From positions 21,236 to 85,235 of the forward strand of contig NW_021833086.1 in the NCBI RefSeq assembly GCF_006345805.1: 64,000 nucleotides of DNA, written 5' to 3'. Below, in pieces: positions 26,800 through 39,139 of this stretch (its first letter is position 1; the number at the start of each line of letters is the position of its first letter). Under the pieces are notes generated by a model that ran no database searches, was not told the DNA's origin, and worked only from the letters and a program-made list of their open reading frames with translations. The translations under genes were made by a program, and so were the position numbers. This stretch comes from Octopus sinensis. Taxonomy: Eukaryota.

Positions 26800-27479
26800 A
26801 TATATATACGTGCATGTATATGTATGTATATATCCAATTATTGTATATGTGCATGTCTGTGTGAGTATGTGTGTGTTTTCTTGCGTGTTCGCATAGACAT
26901 ATTCAAAAAATGCGGGTCAAGAAATAGAGCAGAGAAAAAGAGATACATAGTGAGAGGTAGAGAATAGACTAACACATATACACACACACACACATACACA
27001 TACACACATTAACTGAATAGAGGAAGATTATTGGCATATAGCTATTTATTTTATATACACATTCAGAAAGAAGTAAACTAGTTAGTTTAATTTGCATAGC
27101 AGCGCACATGCGGTGACAACGTGGATTCATCATTAATTGTACAAAACTCAGCGTTCTTAGGATAATTGGAAATCTGTGGTAGCATACCTTTTAGATACAT
27201 ACAACATTTGACCTAACTGTGAAAAAGAAACAAAACTGTTATGCACAAAAGTTTTATTTCTCGGTATGCAGGAATGGACCAAATTGACTAGTTTCTAGTG
27301 TCGAAACCTACATCATAAACATAATAATTTCTGTATACATAGCCGTAGGAAGTTTATAGGTAGTTATAGTGTACACGAACTTGAATAGAGCTTAAGTTGT
27401 GCTTAAATTCGTGCTGGAATTTTCACTTGCTCTACTTAGTATTATAAATTCTAAAACGCCTCTCTTCCTATAATAGCAT

Positions 27480-27930
27480 TAATCTTAACAGTTATCATTT
27501 TAGCGGTAATTGCTTTGCGAAAGAATTGGATTATCGTGTTAATGTGTCGATAAACAATAGCACTCACTTCAGATCCTACATAGGATTAACAAATAATAAA
27601 TTCAAGATACATTTTTACAAGTATACACATTCCTTTAAGCACCTTGAAAAAATGATCTTTGATAAGTTGCTCCTTGTACGTTTGGCTTTCACCCTAATCC
27701 TAATCCAACAGCATTCAAAATATATTGTTGTATTTTAGAGCACATTACACCATATCGATGCGAATTTCTCAAGGATCCTTTCAAGAATCCACTGTAGTTC
27801 GTGATTTAAGTAAAAAGGAAAAGGAAAACTTTGATCTCATTTCAAGGCTCACGTGCATTAATTGAAAAAAGATCAGTCCTTAAATTTCAGTAGATACACT
27901 TCTAAATATTTGCTGTGTAATTTTCTGACT
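27480..27930 (+). mobile_element. Penelope-like GIY-YIG endonuclease remnant
   Basis: YRVNVSINNSTHFRSYIGLTNNKFKIHFYKYTHSFKHLEK and KYLLCNF resemble the PLE endonuclease. Confidence 0.55.
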
Positions 27931-28019
27931 TCGAACGATTAATTTCCTTAATTTTTTCCCCTTCGACAATCAGATTTTGCGCCGCCATTTTCTTACACAG
28001 TCCTTTCTAATTATTTTTC

Positions 28020-28385
28020 ATCTTTTATCTTTTAATTGTACTTCAGCCATATTGGACACTGTTCAGAAGGGTGTGGTCCAACGAATCACCCTTCTGGAAC
28101 TAATGTTTTAAGTCTATTGAATGTGTCGAACTGCTAGGTTACAGGATCTGATATCAGTTGTCAAGCGGTGATAGGGGATAAATAATAACTCATACATACA
28201 CCACAGGCTTCCACGTAGTTTCCATTTACCAAATTCTCCCCCAAAGCATTGATCGACTCGGATCTAACGTAAAAGATATATAGTAGAAGATACACGCTCG
28301 TGATGTCGCGTATTGGGAGTGAACCCGAAATTACGTGGTTGCAAAGAAAACTTCTTAACCCCACAGCTATGCCTGGCACCGATGC
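28020..28385 (-). mobile_element. SINE family B, old degenerate copy
   Basis: ggcttccacgtagtttccatttaccaaatt...gaacccgaaattacgtggttgcaaagaaaacttcttaaccccacagctatgcct. Confidence 0.6.
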
Positions 28386-28659
28386 TTTTAAATACTTTAC
28401 CACTTGATTTGCAAATGACCCATCTTGTCCAATCTAGTTATTTCGAACATACACTTGATTTTACTTTTAAATTTTCGTTGTTAACATATTTCCTTCGAAA
28501 TAATTTCTTTCTCTTTTCTCTCTTTTTCCTTCTCTGTGCTCTTATTTCTTTTCTTAATATCAGCCTATCTCTTTTTATTGTTTCCTTTTACTTTAGTAAT
28601 TCTTTTATTTATTTTTCAATTGATCTTATTCTAACTTTCATATCTATGTATATCTCTCT

Positions 28660-29042
28660 TTTCTCTCTTTTACTTGTTTCAGTCATTTGACTGCGGCCAT
28701 GCTGGAGCACCGCCTTTAGTCGAGCCCAGTACTTATTCTATTGTAAGCCCAGTACTTATTCTATCGGTCTCTTTTGCCGAACCGCTAAGTGACGGGGACG
28801 TAAACACACCAGCATCGGTTGTCAAGCAATGCTAGGGGGACAAACACAGACACACAAACGCACATACACACATATATATATATACGACAGGCTTCTTTCA
28901 GTTTCCGTCTACCAAATCCACTCACAAGGCATTGGTCGGCCCGAGGCTATAGCAGAAGACACTTGCTCAAGATGCCACGCAGTGGGACTGAACCCGCAAC
29001 CATGTGGTTGGTTAGCAAGCTACTTACCACACAGCCATTCCT
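28660..29042 (-). mobile_element. SINE family B ('ccttgggcaag' core plus ~200-bp tail)
   Basis: Minus-strand head ggaatggctgtgtggtaagtagc..gcgggttcagtcccactgcgtggcatcttgagcaagtgtcttctgctatagcctcgggccgacc; tail ...gctccagcatggccgcagtcaaatgactgaaacaagtaaaag. Confidence 0.92.
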
Positions 29043-29320
29043 GCGCCTATATATTTGTTTGTTATTTCTCACCTTATACACTCGCTATTTCCATGTTTTA
29101 AAAAATATTTTTTATACATCTTTATACAAATTGTATTCTTCTTTACTGTTTCCTCTTTTCCTTTCCTCCTTTTTTCTACTCTTCCCTAAATCGACATATG
29201 TCACCATCCCCGTCCCCTTTATCTTTTTTGCGTCACAACATATCCCATCAAAATTTGCCTTGATTTTCTAATATTTCTAATACTGAGCGTTCTCAGTGAT
29301 AAAAACTTCGATTTTCGATG

Positions 29321-30240
29321 AGTTTAGATGTGTACATACATATCTATTAACCATATTTGTACACACACATACACACAAAAACGCACATATACATACATAC
29401 ATACATACATACATACATACATACATACATACATACATACATACATACATACATACATACATACATACATACATGTGGTATTTGGCTGATATTTCAAGGA
29501 ACAGGAAATATCATCCAAATACCTGATGCAAAAAAGGGATAGAGTTGCTGGAAAAGCAGCAAAATGTGACAACCGATGCAAAGATATCACCCACATCATA
29601 AGCAGTTGTCCAAAAATGTCATCACTGTTTTATCTACCGATGAGACATGATGTTGTAGCTACGACATTATATTATGAAAGTCGTCGGAAAGATAACCCCG
29701 AATACAAAGAAATAAGAACCCACAATATGGTAGCAGCCATAAACACTCATAATAAACATGAGTTCTGGTGGTATGTCCCAGTGAAGACCTCAATAAAATG
29801 TAAACACGATAGACTGGTATAATGGTTTGGGATAGAGAAGAGAAACTACAGTTGTGGAAATCAGATGTCCAGCGGATGTAAACATAAAACGGAAGATCAG
29901 TGAGAAAGAGAACACGTACTCTGAATTATTGAGAAATCTGTAGTTGCTCTATCCATATTGCAAGTTCAGGTTTGTATAATATTGTAGCATGGGATATGTA
30001 ACACACTGCCTAAATACCGAACTTGAGAAATTAGGCTTTTCAAAACAAGAAAGAAGGCTGATTCGAAGACTACAGATCGAAGCCATCAATGGAACTGTAA
30101 AACCTGTAAAACGTTCCCGAAGTTTATTATTTAAGTATATATGAACATGTTTAGATACAGAAGTGAGAAGACATGAGCATATCTAGATATAGACGAGAAG
30201 ACATACATAAAACAAAACATATAAATCTACACATATACAT
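29321..30240 (+). mobile_element. R4/Dong-type LINE 3' fragment, copy B (paralog of 20863-21870)
   Basis: KCDNRCKDITHIISSCPKMSSLFYLPMRHDVVATTLY..KCKHD..INGT. Same microsatellite junction and lesions as copy A. Confidence 0.88.
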
Positions 30241-30337
30241 ACGTGCACTCAAATATACATACATACACATATATAAATTCATACATACATACATACATAC
30301 ATACATACATACATACATACATACATACATACATACA

Positions 30338-33300
30338 TTATGGCTGCCCCCTCGTTATCGAGTATGGCCATTGCACGAAGCTTAACTGTTACTGGTGCTG
30401 TGATCGAATGTGACTTTTTAGCCCAGCTAAAGATCTACAATGTCTTGTACAAAATTGGCAACTAAAACCTTTACTGGTAATAGCCGGCTGTAGTTGTAAC
30501 TGGGCTTCATGTACCTTTGCATGTCGTTTAAGTCCTCCTACCGAATTACACTCACTTCCACATGCCCGACAGATATGATTAGTATGGTGTGTTACACCAC
30601 CACCAGTGGCCAGGTTGTCACTCATCTGTCTCGTTTTATGACTACGAAGATGACTCATGAGTTCAGCTTTACTGAGGCAGGGTCTTGCACAGGCATTGCA
30701 TGTCAGAATCAAAGGAAGACCCTTCCCTTCTGGAAGTGTAACAGTGATGCCCTTCCTGACATCCCTCCTTACTTTCTCATGTGCAACTCGAGATTTCTCA
30801 AAAGTGGCTGTCCCCTCATGCACAATCCTTCTCCACCTGGTACGATCAATAGCTATTGCCTTCCCATGTGTCAGGAGAGATGCAAGCATCTCTTAAGGAA
30901 GCCTTCAGCAAGTCCTTATACCTCTTTTTGGTTTATGTCGAGGTCGTTCTCCTTTAGCTAGCTCTCCAAAAAGAGTTTTGTTTGGCATCCTTGAATCCTT
31001 CATTCTGACCAGATGACCACTCCATCTGAGCCTTTGCTTTAACACAAGAGCTTCTATACTTTCAACCCCGAGAGCCTTCCAATATTTCAAGATCACTGAT
31101 GCGGTCCTTCCACTTAATGCCATAGATCCGTCTGAGGCACATCTGATGGAAACGTTCCAGTTGTTTAAGGTGGATCGATATGTGACCCACGTCTCGCAGG
31201 CATAGAGAAGAAGAAGGGAGCCAACATGCCTTGTACACCTTTATCTTTGTCTTACTGCATATGTCTCACCGACTCCAGAGGCGCTTTTCTAGCCTTCCGA
31301 AAGCAACACTTGCTTTCCTAATTCTATATGAAATTTCATCATCCACATTGCCATATCTATTAATAGTGCTTCCCAGGTAGACAAACTGATCAACTACATC
31401 AAGTCGTTTACCATTCACATAGATATTTGGTACACTATACTGCTTACCAGGGGCAGGTTGATGCATGACAACAGTTTTCTTGAGATTGACTGTGCAAGCA
31501 TCAGAGAATGCTTATGTATCAACTAGAAAACTGATAAGAATAGAGCAATTGAGTACAAACAAAGATATTGCTAACTACTCACATGCTTCGCCCTACATCA
31601 ATCTCTGCGTGTGCTACTAGCTCACGATCATCTGCATACAAAAGATCTCTTATGATAGAGGTAAATATCTTTGTTTTTGCAGCAAGGCACCTGATATTAA
31701 ATATGCTGCCAGAGGTTCGATAATGGACGTAAACACTGTATCTGCAGTTTCTGAATGTAATACAGAACACCATCGCGAAATATATGGAAAATAGGGTCGG
31801 TGCCAGAATATCCCCCTGTTTCACTCCATTTTGTATTGAAATGGGCTCCGACATTTCCCTTTAACATTCACCCTACCATTCATGTCTTCATGAAAAGACC
31901 TAACCAAAGCAAGGAACTTTTCAGGACACCCAAGTTTGGATGGGACTTTCTACAATGCTTTTCTATTGACGGTATCAAAGGCTTTTGTCAGATCGACAAA
32001 AACCTGATACAAAAATCCAGACTTGTTCCACACACTTTCCTGAAGCTGTCTTACTGAAAAATCATATCATCAGTGCCACGTCCCCACACGAAAGCCAGAT
32101 TGATTTCTGGAAGAACACAATCTGCAATGTATTCAGCAGACGATCCAGAAGTATCTGCATAAAACCTTTCCTACAACAGACAGCAATGATACTCCCCTAT
32201 ATTACCACAATCACTCCTGTTGCCCTTCCCTTATACAGGACCAACCATTACTGCATCTCCCAGTCCTCAGGTACAGATTCACTAGTCCATATCTTACCAA
32301 ACAAAGAGTGAAGTTTCTGAAGAAGTTTCTCACCACCTGGCTGTAACAACTCCGCATGTATGCCATCCCTACCTGGAGACTTCCCATTATTTAACCTTGA
32401 GACAGCCATTGCAACTTCCTCCAACTTTGATGGTTCTGCGAGTGCTGCCTCACTAACTACAGACTGCTGATTCAAAAGTTCATCAAAGTGTTGCCACCTT
32501 CGCAGAATTCCTTGTGACTCACGAAGAAGTTCTTTGCCATTCCTGCTTCGAAGTGGTGTCATCAGGGAAGACATCGGTCCATAAACTTCTCGCAAGAGAC
32601 CATACAACAGCTTTGTGTTATTGAAATCTGATGCCGTCTGTATCTCGTCAGCCTTCATACTCCACCACGTATCCCTCATCTGAGAGAGCCTTTGCCTCAC
32701 ACGTGATTTTACGCCCTTGAGTTCCCTATGCAACACTTCCCTTTCCTGTGGCTTTGCTGACAAATAGTGTGACAAAGTGCGTCTTTTATCAGCCAATTAA
32801 TCATCTATATGTTCATCATTTTCTTCGAACCAATCTTGATGCTTTCTTTGTATCAATCCCAGAACTTTCTTGCCTATATCATAAACTGACTTTTTAAGGG
32901 TCGGCCAATCCTCCCCAATATCTGCAGCATTCTCGTAAAGTTCCCTTCACACTATTATACCTAAGACGATCAACATTTAGTCTTTTAGGCAGGGTAATCC
33001 CTGCAGCTCGGATTTTATTTTTTTTTACTAATTTCACTTTTGCGCGTACTAGGCGGTGGTCAGTCCAACACTCAGCTCCACGAAGAACACGAACACACTG
33101 CACATCCTGTCTGTCACGCACCCTAACCAGGATGTAATCCAGAATATGCCAATCTTTAGATGCAGGGTGTATCCATGTGGTCTTAAACTTGTTCTTTTGT
33201 TGAAACGTGGTATTTGTAACACACAGACGCAGCTCCTCACACATCTGCAGCAAAAGCATGCCATTACTATTACACTTCCCCACCCCATGCCTTCCAATTA

Positions 33301-34565
33301 CAGTCCATGTGTTAAAATCCCTACCCACTCTAGCTTTAAAGTCACCCAGTACGATGACTTTGTCTGCCCGAGGGATATTTCTTATAATGCCCTTCAAAGC
33401 ATGGTAGAAAGAAACTTTTTCATCATCAGTATAGCACATAGTTGGAGAATACACATTCACCAAGATCACATAATTTTCTTTAGCCAAAGGAAATCTCATG
33501 GACACAAGACGCTCGTTAATCCCGACTGGGAATTCTTCCAACTTGTCCACAAGAGTAGTCTTAACAGCAAATGCCACTCCAGCTTCTCCTCTAAACTCTT
33601 TATTCCTCCCTTTCCAAAGGAATGTATATTTTCCACAAGATTCTGTAAGATGACCATCTCCAGGTAATATCTCGTCTCAGATAAGCAACGATGTCAAGAC
33701 ATAGCGTTGAACTCCTTCGCAACAAGCGCAGTCCTTCTTTCAGGACATTCAGATGACTTGCGGTCAGCAAGTCTGTACATTCCAACAGCCAATATTCACG
33801 TGTTTTCTTTGGTTCTATCACAGTAGCATGATGACGGCCGGGTTCAGACTGTGATGCTCTGGAGCCCCTGTCGGGCCAGACTCTTTCAGCTGATGTGTTT
33901 CCAGAGTCCTTACTGACATTTATTTTTATACTGTTTTGGTACATCATTGATTTTTTGCTTTTTAAGTCTACAGTCAGCCATTCAGTTGAGACTCACAGCA
34001 CTATCAACAATCATGAATTAGTTAATCAATTTAATCAATCCAATGTAGTTATCGTGCTATGCCTGTGCAAAAATTTTTTTTTTAAACTGAGGAAAGGCTG
34101 TGCACTGAGTCAATCCCACTCACTAAGCAACAGCAGCCATAATCCGAAAAGAAGAACAAGTCAACATCATCGGTAACCACTGAGCCGCAGGTTTTATGTC
34201 GGAGTTATCCCAGTTACCTGAGTTACTTTCTCCTAGAAGGATGCCCTAACAAAGGCTAGGAGTCCTTCACTCCCAATGGTTTAACCGCGCGATCGGGTAT
34301 TCAGTCCGATTATTTCTATGTCTCCGCGCATGATACAGCCTTAAGCCTTAAGAAAAAAAATTACTCATTTATTGGATGACCGTTGACTCTCAAGAGTTCC
34401 TCCGCCCTTTGACGGGGTTTTGTTTTTCATCCCGAAGGGTGTCCAATAAACACCCTCCTCACCAAGCAAGCTTGGTGGGGTTGCCGGTTTAGTCGCCGAC
34501 GACCCGACCATGCAACAGGTTGTACTGGGTTACATGTTACCAGTAGCACTCGAAAGTGACCTGAC
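30338..34565 (-). mobile_element. Near full-length RTE-clade LINE (APE endonuclease, RT, three C-terminal C2H2 fingers), decayed
   Basis: EN: VNVYSPT..VIVLGDFKARVG..LDYILV..TDHRLV. RT: GKSPGRDGIHAELL, GVKQGDILAPTLFSIY, LLYADD, YLGS. LRWSGHLVRM. Three C-x2-C-x12-H-x3/4-H motifs. Frameshifts and stops throughout; (TACA)n on both flanks. Inclusion of 34378-34565 in the 5' UTR is inferred. Confidence 0.93.
34484..34561 (-). ncRNA. Candidate HDV-like ribozyme at the RTE 5' end
   Basis: Minus strand GGTCA(P1)..CCAGT(P2) ACA ACCTGT TGC (P3/L3) A TGGTC(P1') GGG TCG-tcgg-CGA(P4) CTAA ACCGG(P2'). One mismatch each in P2 and P3, and a short P1 with two G-U pairs. Confidence 0.4.
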
Positions 34566-34632
34566 ATATACATACATACATACATACATACATACATACA
34601 TACATACATACATACATACATACATACATACA

Positions 34633-35545
34633 TGTCTTTTAAGAAGCCTCATATTCTTTCGGCAACATCTTTTGACCACCAAATGTCGAAGTGCATCATA
34701 AGAATTGGAAGGCAGCTCCTCGAGCAACATTCTTTGTCTGATAACCTTAAATACATGCCCAAAGAAGTCTCACAACTCTACCGCAACGTATCATCTGGTG
34801 AAAGGATGAGCATATACGAGCAGAAAGCTCCGTGATGATAGTAACATCGATCATCAGATCAGTTTATAATGATCCAATAGCTGGATTACTACCTCCCATT
34901 TTGAAGGTTATACGTTTGCAATCCAGGAACAAAAAATATAAACCAAGTACATGATGCACAAAACGGACAGAGATGCAGGAAAAGCCGTAAAATGTGACAA
35001 CCGGTACAGACTTTGTGGAGTTCATACTGAAGATATCACTCACATCATAAGCAGTTGTCCAGAAATGTCATCACGGTGTTATCTACCGATGAGACATGAT
35101 GTTATAGCTAGGACACTGTATAATGAAATCCGTCGAAAGGATAATCCCGAGGACAAATAAATAAGAATCCACAATATAGTAGAAGCTATAGCCACTCATA
35201 AAAAATGGAATACTGGTGGAATGTACCAGTGAAGACCTCAGTAAAATGTAGGCACAACACGCCTGATATAATGATTTGGGATAGAGAAGAGAAACTGTGC
35301 GCAGTTGTGGAAATTTGCTGCCCAGCGGATGTTAACATAAATCTGAAAAAGAGAACACCTAAGCTGAACCATTGAGAAATCTGCAGTTACTCTATTCAGA
35401 TTACAAGTTCTGGTTTATACACTGGGATGTGTAACACACTGCCTAAATGCCAATCTTGAAAAATTAGACTTCTCAAAATCAGAAAGAAGAAAGCTAATTC
35501 GAAGACTACAGATCTAATCCATCACTGGAACTGTAAAAATCTGTA
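34633..35545 (+). mobile_element. R4/Dong-type LINE 3' fragment, copy C
   Basis: AVKCDNRYRLCGVHTEDITHIISSCPEMSSRCYLPMRHDVIARTLYNEIRRKD (CCHC), PDIMIWDREEKLCAVVEICCP (RLE). Starts immediately after (TACA)n. Confidence 0.9.
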
Positions 35546-35639
35546 AAGACAGACAAATAGACAGATAGGCAGCCAGACTTACGCGCGTACACACATACAT
35601 ATTTCCTTTATTCCCTTTATAAGTTTCAGTCCACAGGCA

Positions 35640-36010
35640 ATTTTTCAATGGCCAATCTGATGTGCTTGACTTTTGGTGAACGAGTGAGTTTGATACTGCA
35701 ACCTTCTTGCCGTGATAAAGATTCGTCTGATCTTGGGCAGCAGATGGTCAAGTCGCTTCATGAAAATATATACTGCACTCCATGAAGATCTCTCAGGATT
35801 TTTGGCAAGATATTAACCAACTGTGGGGCCTTGAATTGGAGGTATTACATTACTTGGCCTTTACTCTAGACGTGATGGTTAAGACATTTGGAACACTGAA
35901 ATATCGTCCAGTGCAGGTACTTGTATAACTCTTCATACCAAAGTTTGGCGTAAACCTCTTTGAGATATACCATATGTGTATCAATGCATATCTCTCCTGT
36001 CATCGTTTCA
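35640..36010 (-). mobile_element. CR1/L2-group LINE 3' fragment
   Basis: Minus strand ERYALIHIW..QFKAPQLVNILPKILRDLHGV..KRLDHLLPKI resembles a CR1/L2-group ORF2 C-terminus. Confidence 0.6.
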
Positions 36011-36779
36011 GTGAGTAGAATCGTAATTCTTTCAGTCTCTCCCATTAGCTCAATTGTCTAATTGTCAATTGTCTATAAATGTCAATTGTCTAATTTTTTT
36101 GGTGTAGCACCGCTGTGTTGCATCGTGTTCGGTTATTAATTTGACACTGTGGTTTGACCATAGTTTAGACTGGTAGTCCTGACGTCTGAAGGAAACGTGC
36201 TCCTTATGTGTGCATGTATGTGTGTGTGTACGTGCGTGTCTGTGTGCGTGCGTGCATCTATGTGCATGTGTATGGCTGTGCCAAGGCTAAATAATTAAGA
36301 AGTTAGCATCGCGATCATGAGTTCCCGTGTTCGATCACACAGTAGGGCATCTTCAGTAGACAGAAACTGCAGGTATATTTATGGCATACGCACTGCGTCA
36401 TGTTGTTACTCCCTTAAGACTATATGTATCCGTGGAGTACTCGGCCACTTTGTAATTGAACAAGATGATCGAACAACTGAAACGTTCATCGTTGAAATCG
36501 ACGGAGGATTCGTTTACCCTAAGCGTGTGCCCACATCTGAGCGCGCGCGCGTGAAAACATAGTAGTGACTCATAACCGTCAGCTAAATATGTCATGCAGC
36601 CATTAGCTTTTACTCTTTCTTCCCAGAGGAAGCAGAAAATAATTGGAGAAACTTACAGGGAAACGGGAGACAACATCACTTTTGCTTCTGCTTTTTTTTG
36701 TTTTTGTTTTTTACTTTGGTTTCTTGTCTTTCTTGACTGACTTCCCTTTTTTTTTTGCTACTCAATGCTCTCTCTTCCG

Positions 36780-36810
<31 letters not shown>

Positions 36811-37659
36811 AATCTTCTTTTTCCCCTCCACTTCAACTCTCCTCCTCTTCCTCCTCCTCCTCCTCCTCCGCCCCTCCAATGAGTTGCCCAGGTTAAACCG
36901 TCACAATACTAAGCGAAGACATCTTATTTGTAATATTTTACACAAACGGAAACCATCTTTTTTTACATTTGCTCTTTGTATTGTTAATTTGTTTATTATG
37001 TACTATATATATATATATTCTTGTTCATTTATACTTTCCTTTAATTTATCCAAACAAAGTGAGTTCCGTTGCAGAACTGCTCCTGTCGCCCCTTCTTGAA
37101 CTAAATGAAAATAAAAGAAAAAGAAAATGAGAGAGAGAAAATAATAAATTTCGCTAAAATACATCCAAGCTGCATTAAAAAAATTATCGTTGAAAACAAA
37201 TGTCTTATTCGTTTTTTAGATTTTTTTTAAAAAAGAATATTTTGTATACATTTATCACACGAAGTTAAAATGGGTGGCTTTCCATGTTAGTAATTCACGA
37301 TTCAGAAGAGTTAATTTGACATGTAATTTGACTTTGGGTATCAAATAAAGAAGAGAGAGAGAGAAAGAGAGAGAGGGGGAGAATGAAAGAGAGAGGGGGA
37401 GAAGGAAAGAGAGAGGAGAGAAGAGCGGGGAAGAGTGAGTGAGTGAGTAAGTTAGTGAGAAAGAGTGAGAGAATGGAACGGAGAAGTAGAGAGTGCTTGC
37501 AGAGTGAACGACGAGGAGGGAAAAAGAAAGAGAGGAAGATGGAAAGAAGAGGGAAAGGATGAAAGAATCGGAGAATTCGAACAAAAATGAATGAATATAG
37601 AGTGAAAGTGGTGGGAGTAATAATGATATTACCAAACTGATTTACACATTACGTAACCG

Positions 37660-37760
37660 AATATAGTTAGTTGATTGCTATTGGCAAAATACGTCCTCCC
37701 AGAACGCCACTGTGATTCCAATGACCAATGTACTTCCGGTTTCTGTCGCATTTCAACACA
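37660..37760. promoter_or_regulatory. Possible Pol II promoter-like motif cluster
   Basis: ATTGG (37680), two CCAAT (37718, 37725) and the ETS-type motif ACTTCCGGT (37732-37740), next to long CT/GA tracts in a repeat-poor stretch. No gene identified. Confidence 0.3.
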
Positions 37761-39139
37761 TGTCGATTATAGACTCCGCTAGCAGGAGATGCTTGCTGTT
37801 TGTGGCTTAACTTCTCATTCAATTTATTTTAAATTCTTTAACTTACTAATCCAACTTTTTTGTATCTTCCCGTCCCTTTTTTTTTTTTATTACAGCACTA
37901 TTTGGAAGGTCTTTGTCTTTTACCTAGTTCATAGCAATATTTGCTTCTCTGTTTGGTACGAAATATCAATCAGTCATATTCCTTTATATGAGTTAATTAC
38001 ATAATGCTATTTTGCTTCTATTATTTTGGTATATGTTTACATATTTTGTTGACTCTTACTATTCTTATATCTCTCTAGAGTATATTTTTACCATTTATTT
38101 GAAGTCGAGTAGGATTCTGGTTGCGTTGTAACGCTTACATGTTCAGTGTTGGCTCACCCTCGTCATCCTACGCATTCAGACTTTAATAACTGCTGCCACT
38201 TGTAGAATTCTATTCTAAGTTGAAACACAGAATACTGCTCTTCACTTATCTTTTGGTTTATCTGACGATTTACTCTCACTAGCTGCAAATTGTTTTTTCT
38301 TTCTTTGCATCACGTTTGTCTTTATTCTCATGGGATTGTATCTCAAAGATTTTTTCTAGATAGTTCTTTTAAATCTATTTAAAGTTTTCTTGTCTTAAGT
38401 TTGGTTTCAAATTCTTTCATCCATGTTGAAGATTGTATTAGTTGCTTTCGTTATATCACTCTCTACATCTATGTTTTTCATGTTATATCACCCTCTACAT
38501 CTATGTTTTTCATGTTGGGTCTCTTTATCACGCAAATAAACTGCATTTAGTAACGTATCACTTTCGTGTTTCACTTAGTAGTCCAGTCCAACATTTATTG
38601 CTTGTGTTTTATATTTTTCATTTCTTGACTAAACCCCTACTCAGTTGTAGGGCGAAGCATGTGAGTAGTTAGCAATATCTTTGTTTGTACTCGATTGCTC
38701 TATTCTTATCAGTTTTCTAGTTGATACATAAGATGTACGGCCAGTCATTGAATTCAATAATAATAAAGGCAACACTCCTCAGAATTGTTTTGCACCCATC
38801 ACACCCCTCTTTAACCGTCTTCAACTCTGATCGAAGTTTCACCAGCTCTATGCTGACGTTCCCTGACAGCGGTAGTATTTCTGAAACGGTTTGTTAGTGG
38901 TTGAGACAATCTTTCTAGGCATTTCTCTTAACATCAGTCATGTAAACCCTTAAAATCCCAAGTGATTTAGCCACAGAAGATAAGCAGTAGTATTGGTAAA
39001 TTACAAAGCTTACAATACTTCTCTTTTGAACCATCCTTCTCCCACTCTGGTACATCACCACGCAGACATTGTTACGAAGCACGAAATTCCTCAGACATCC
39101 AACAGAACAAGGAAACCATCGTAGCTAGACAGTCTAGAC

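Noticed and set aside
30389-30889. Host C2H2 zinc-finger gene
   Set aside because: It is contiguous and collinear with the RTE RT-thumb region and followed by the RTE 3' tail, so it belongs to the LINE.
34150-34360. Second HDV-like fold attempt using GGCTG/TAGCC as P1
   Set aside because: No GG at J1/4, and no P3/L3 or C-N-A-A in the correct order.
36317-36595. Non-repetitive ORFs on both strands as a possible exon
   Set aside because: The 5' part is a SINE remnant, there is no recognisable domain, and splice signals are unconvincing.
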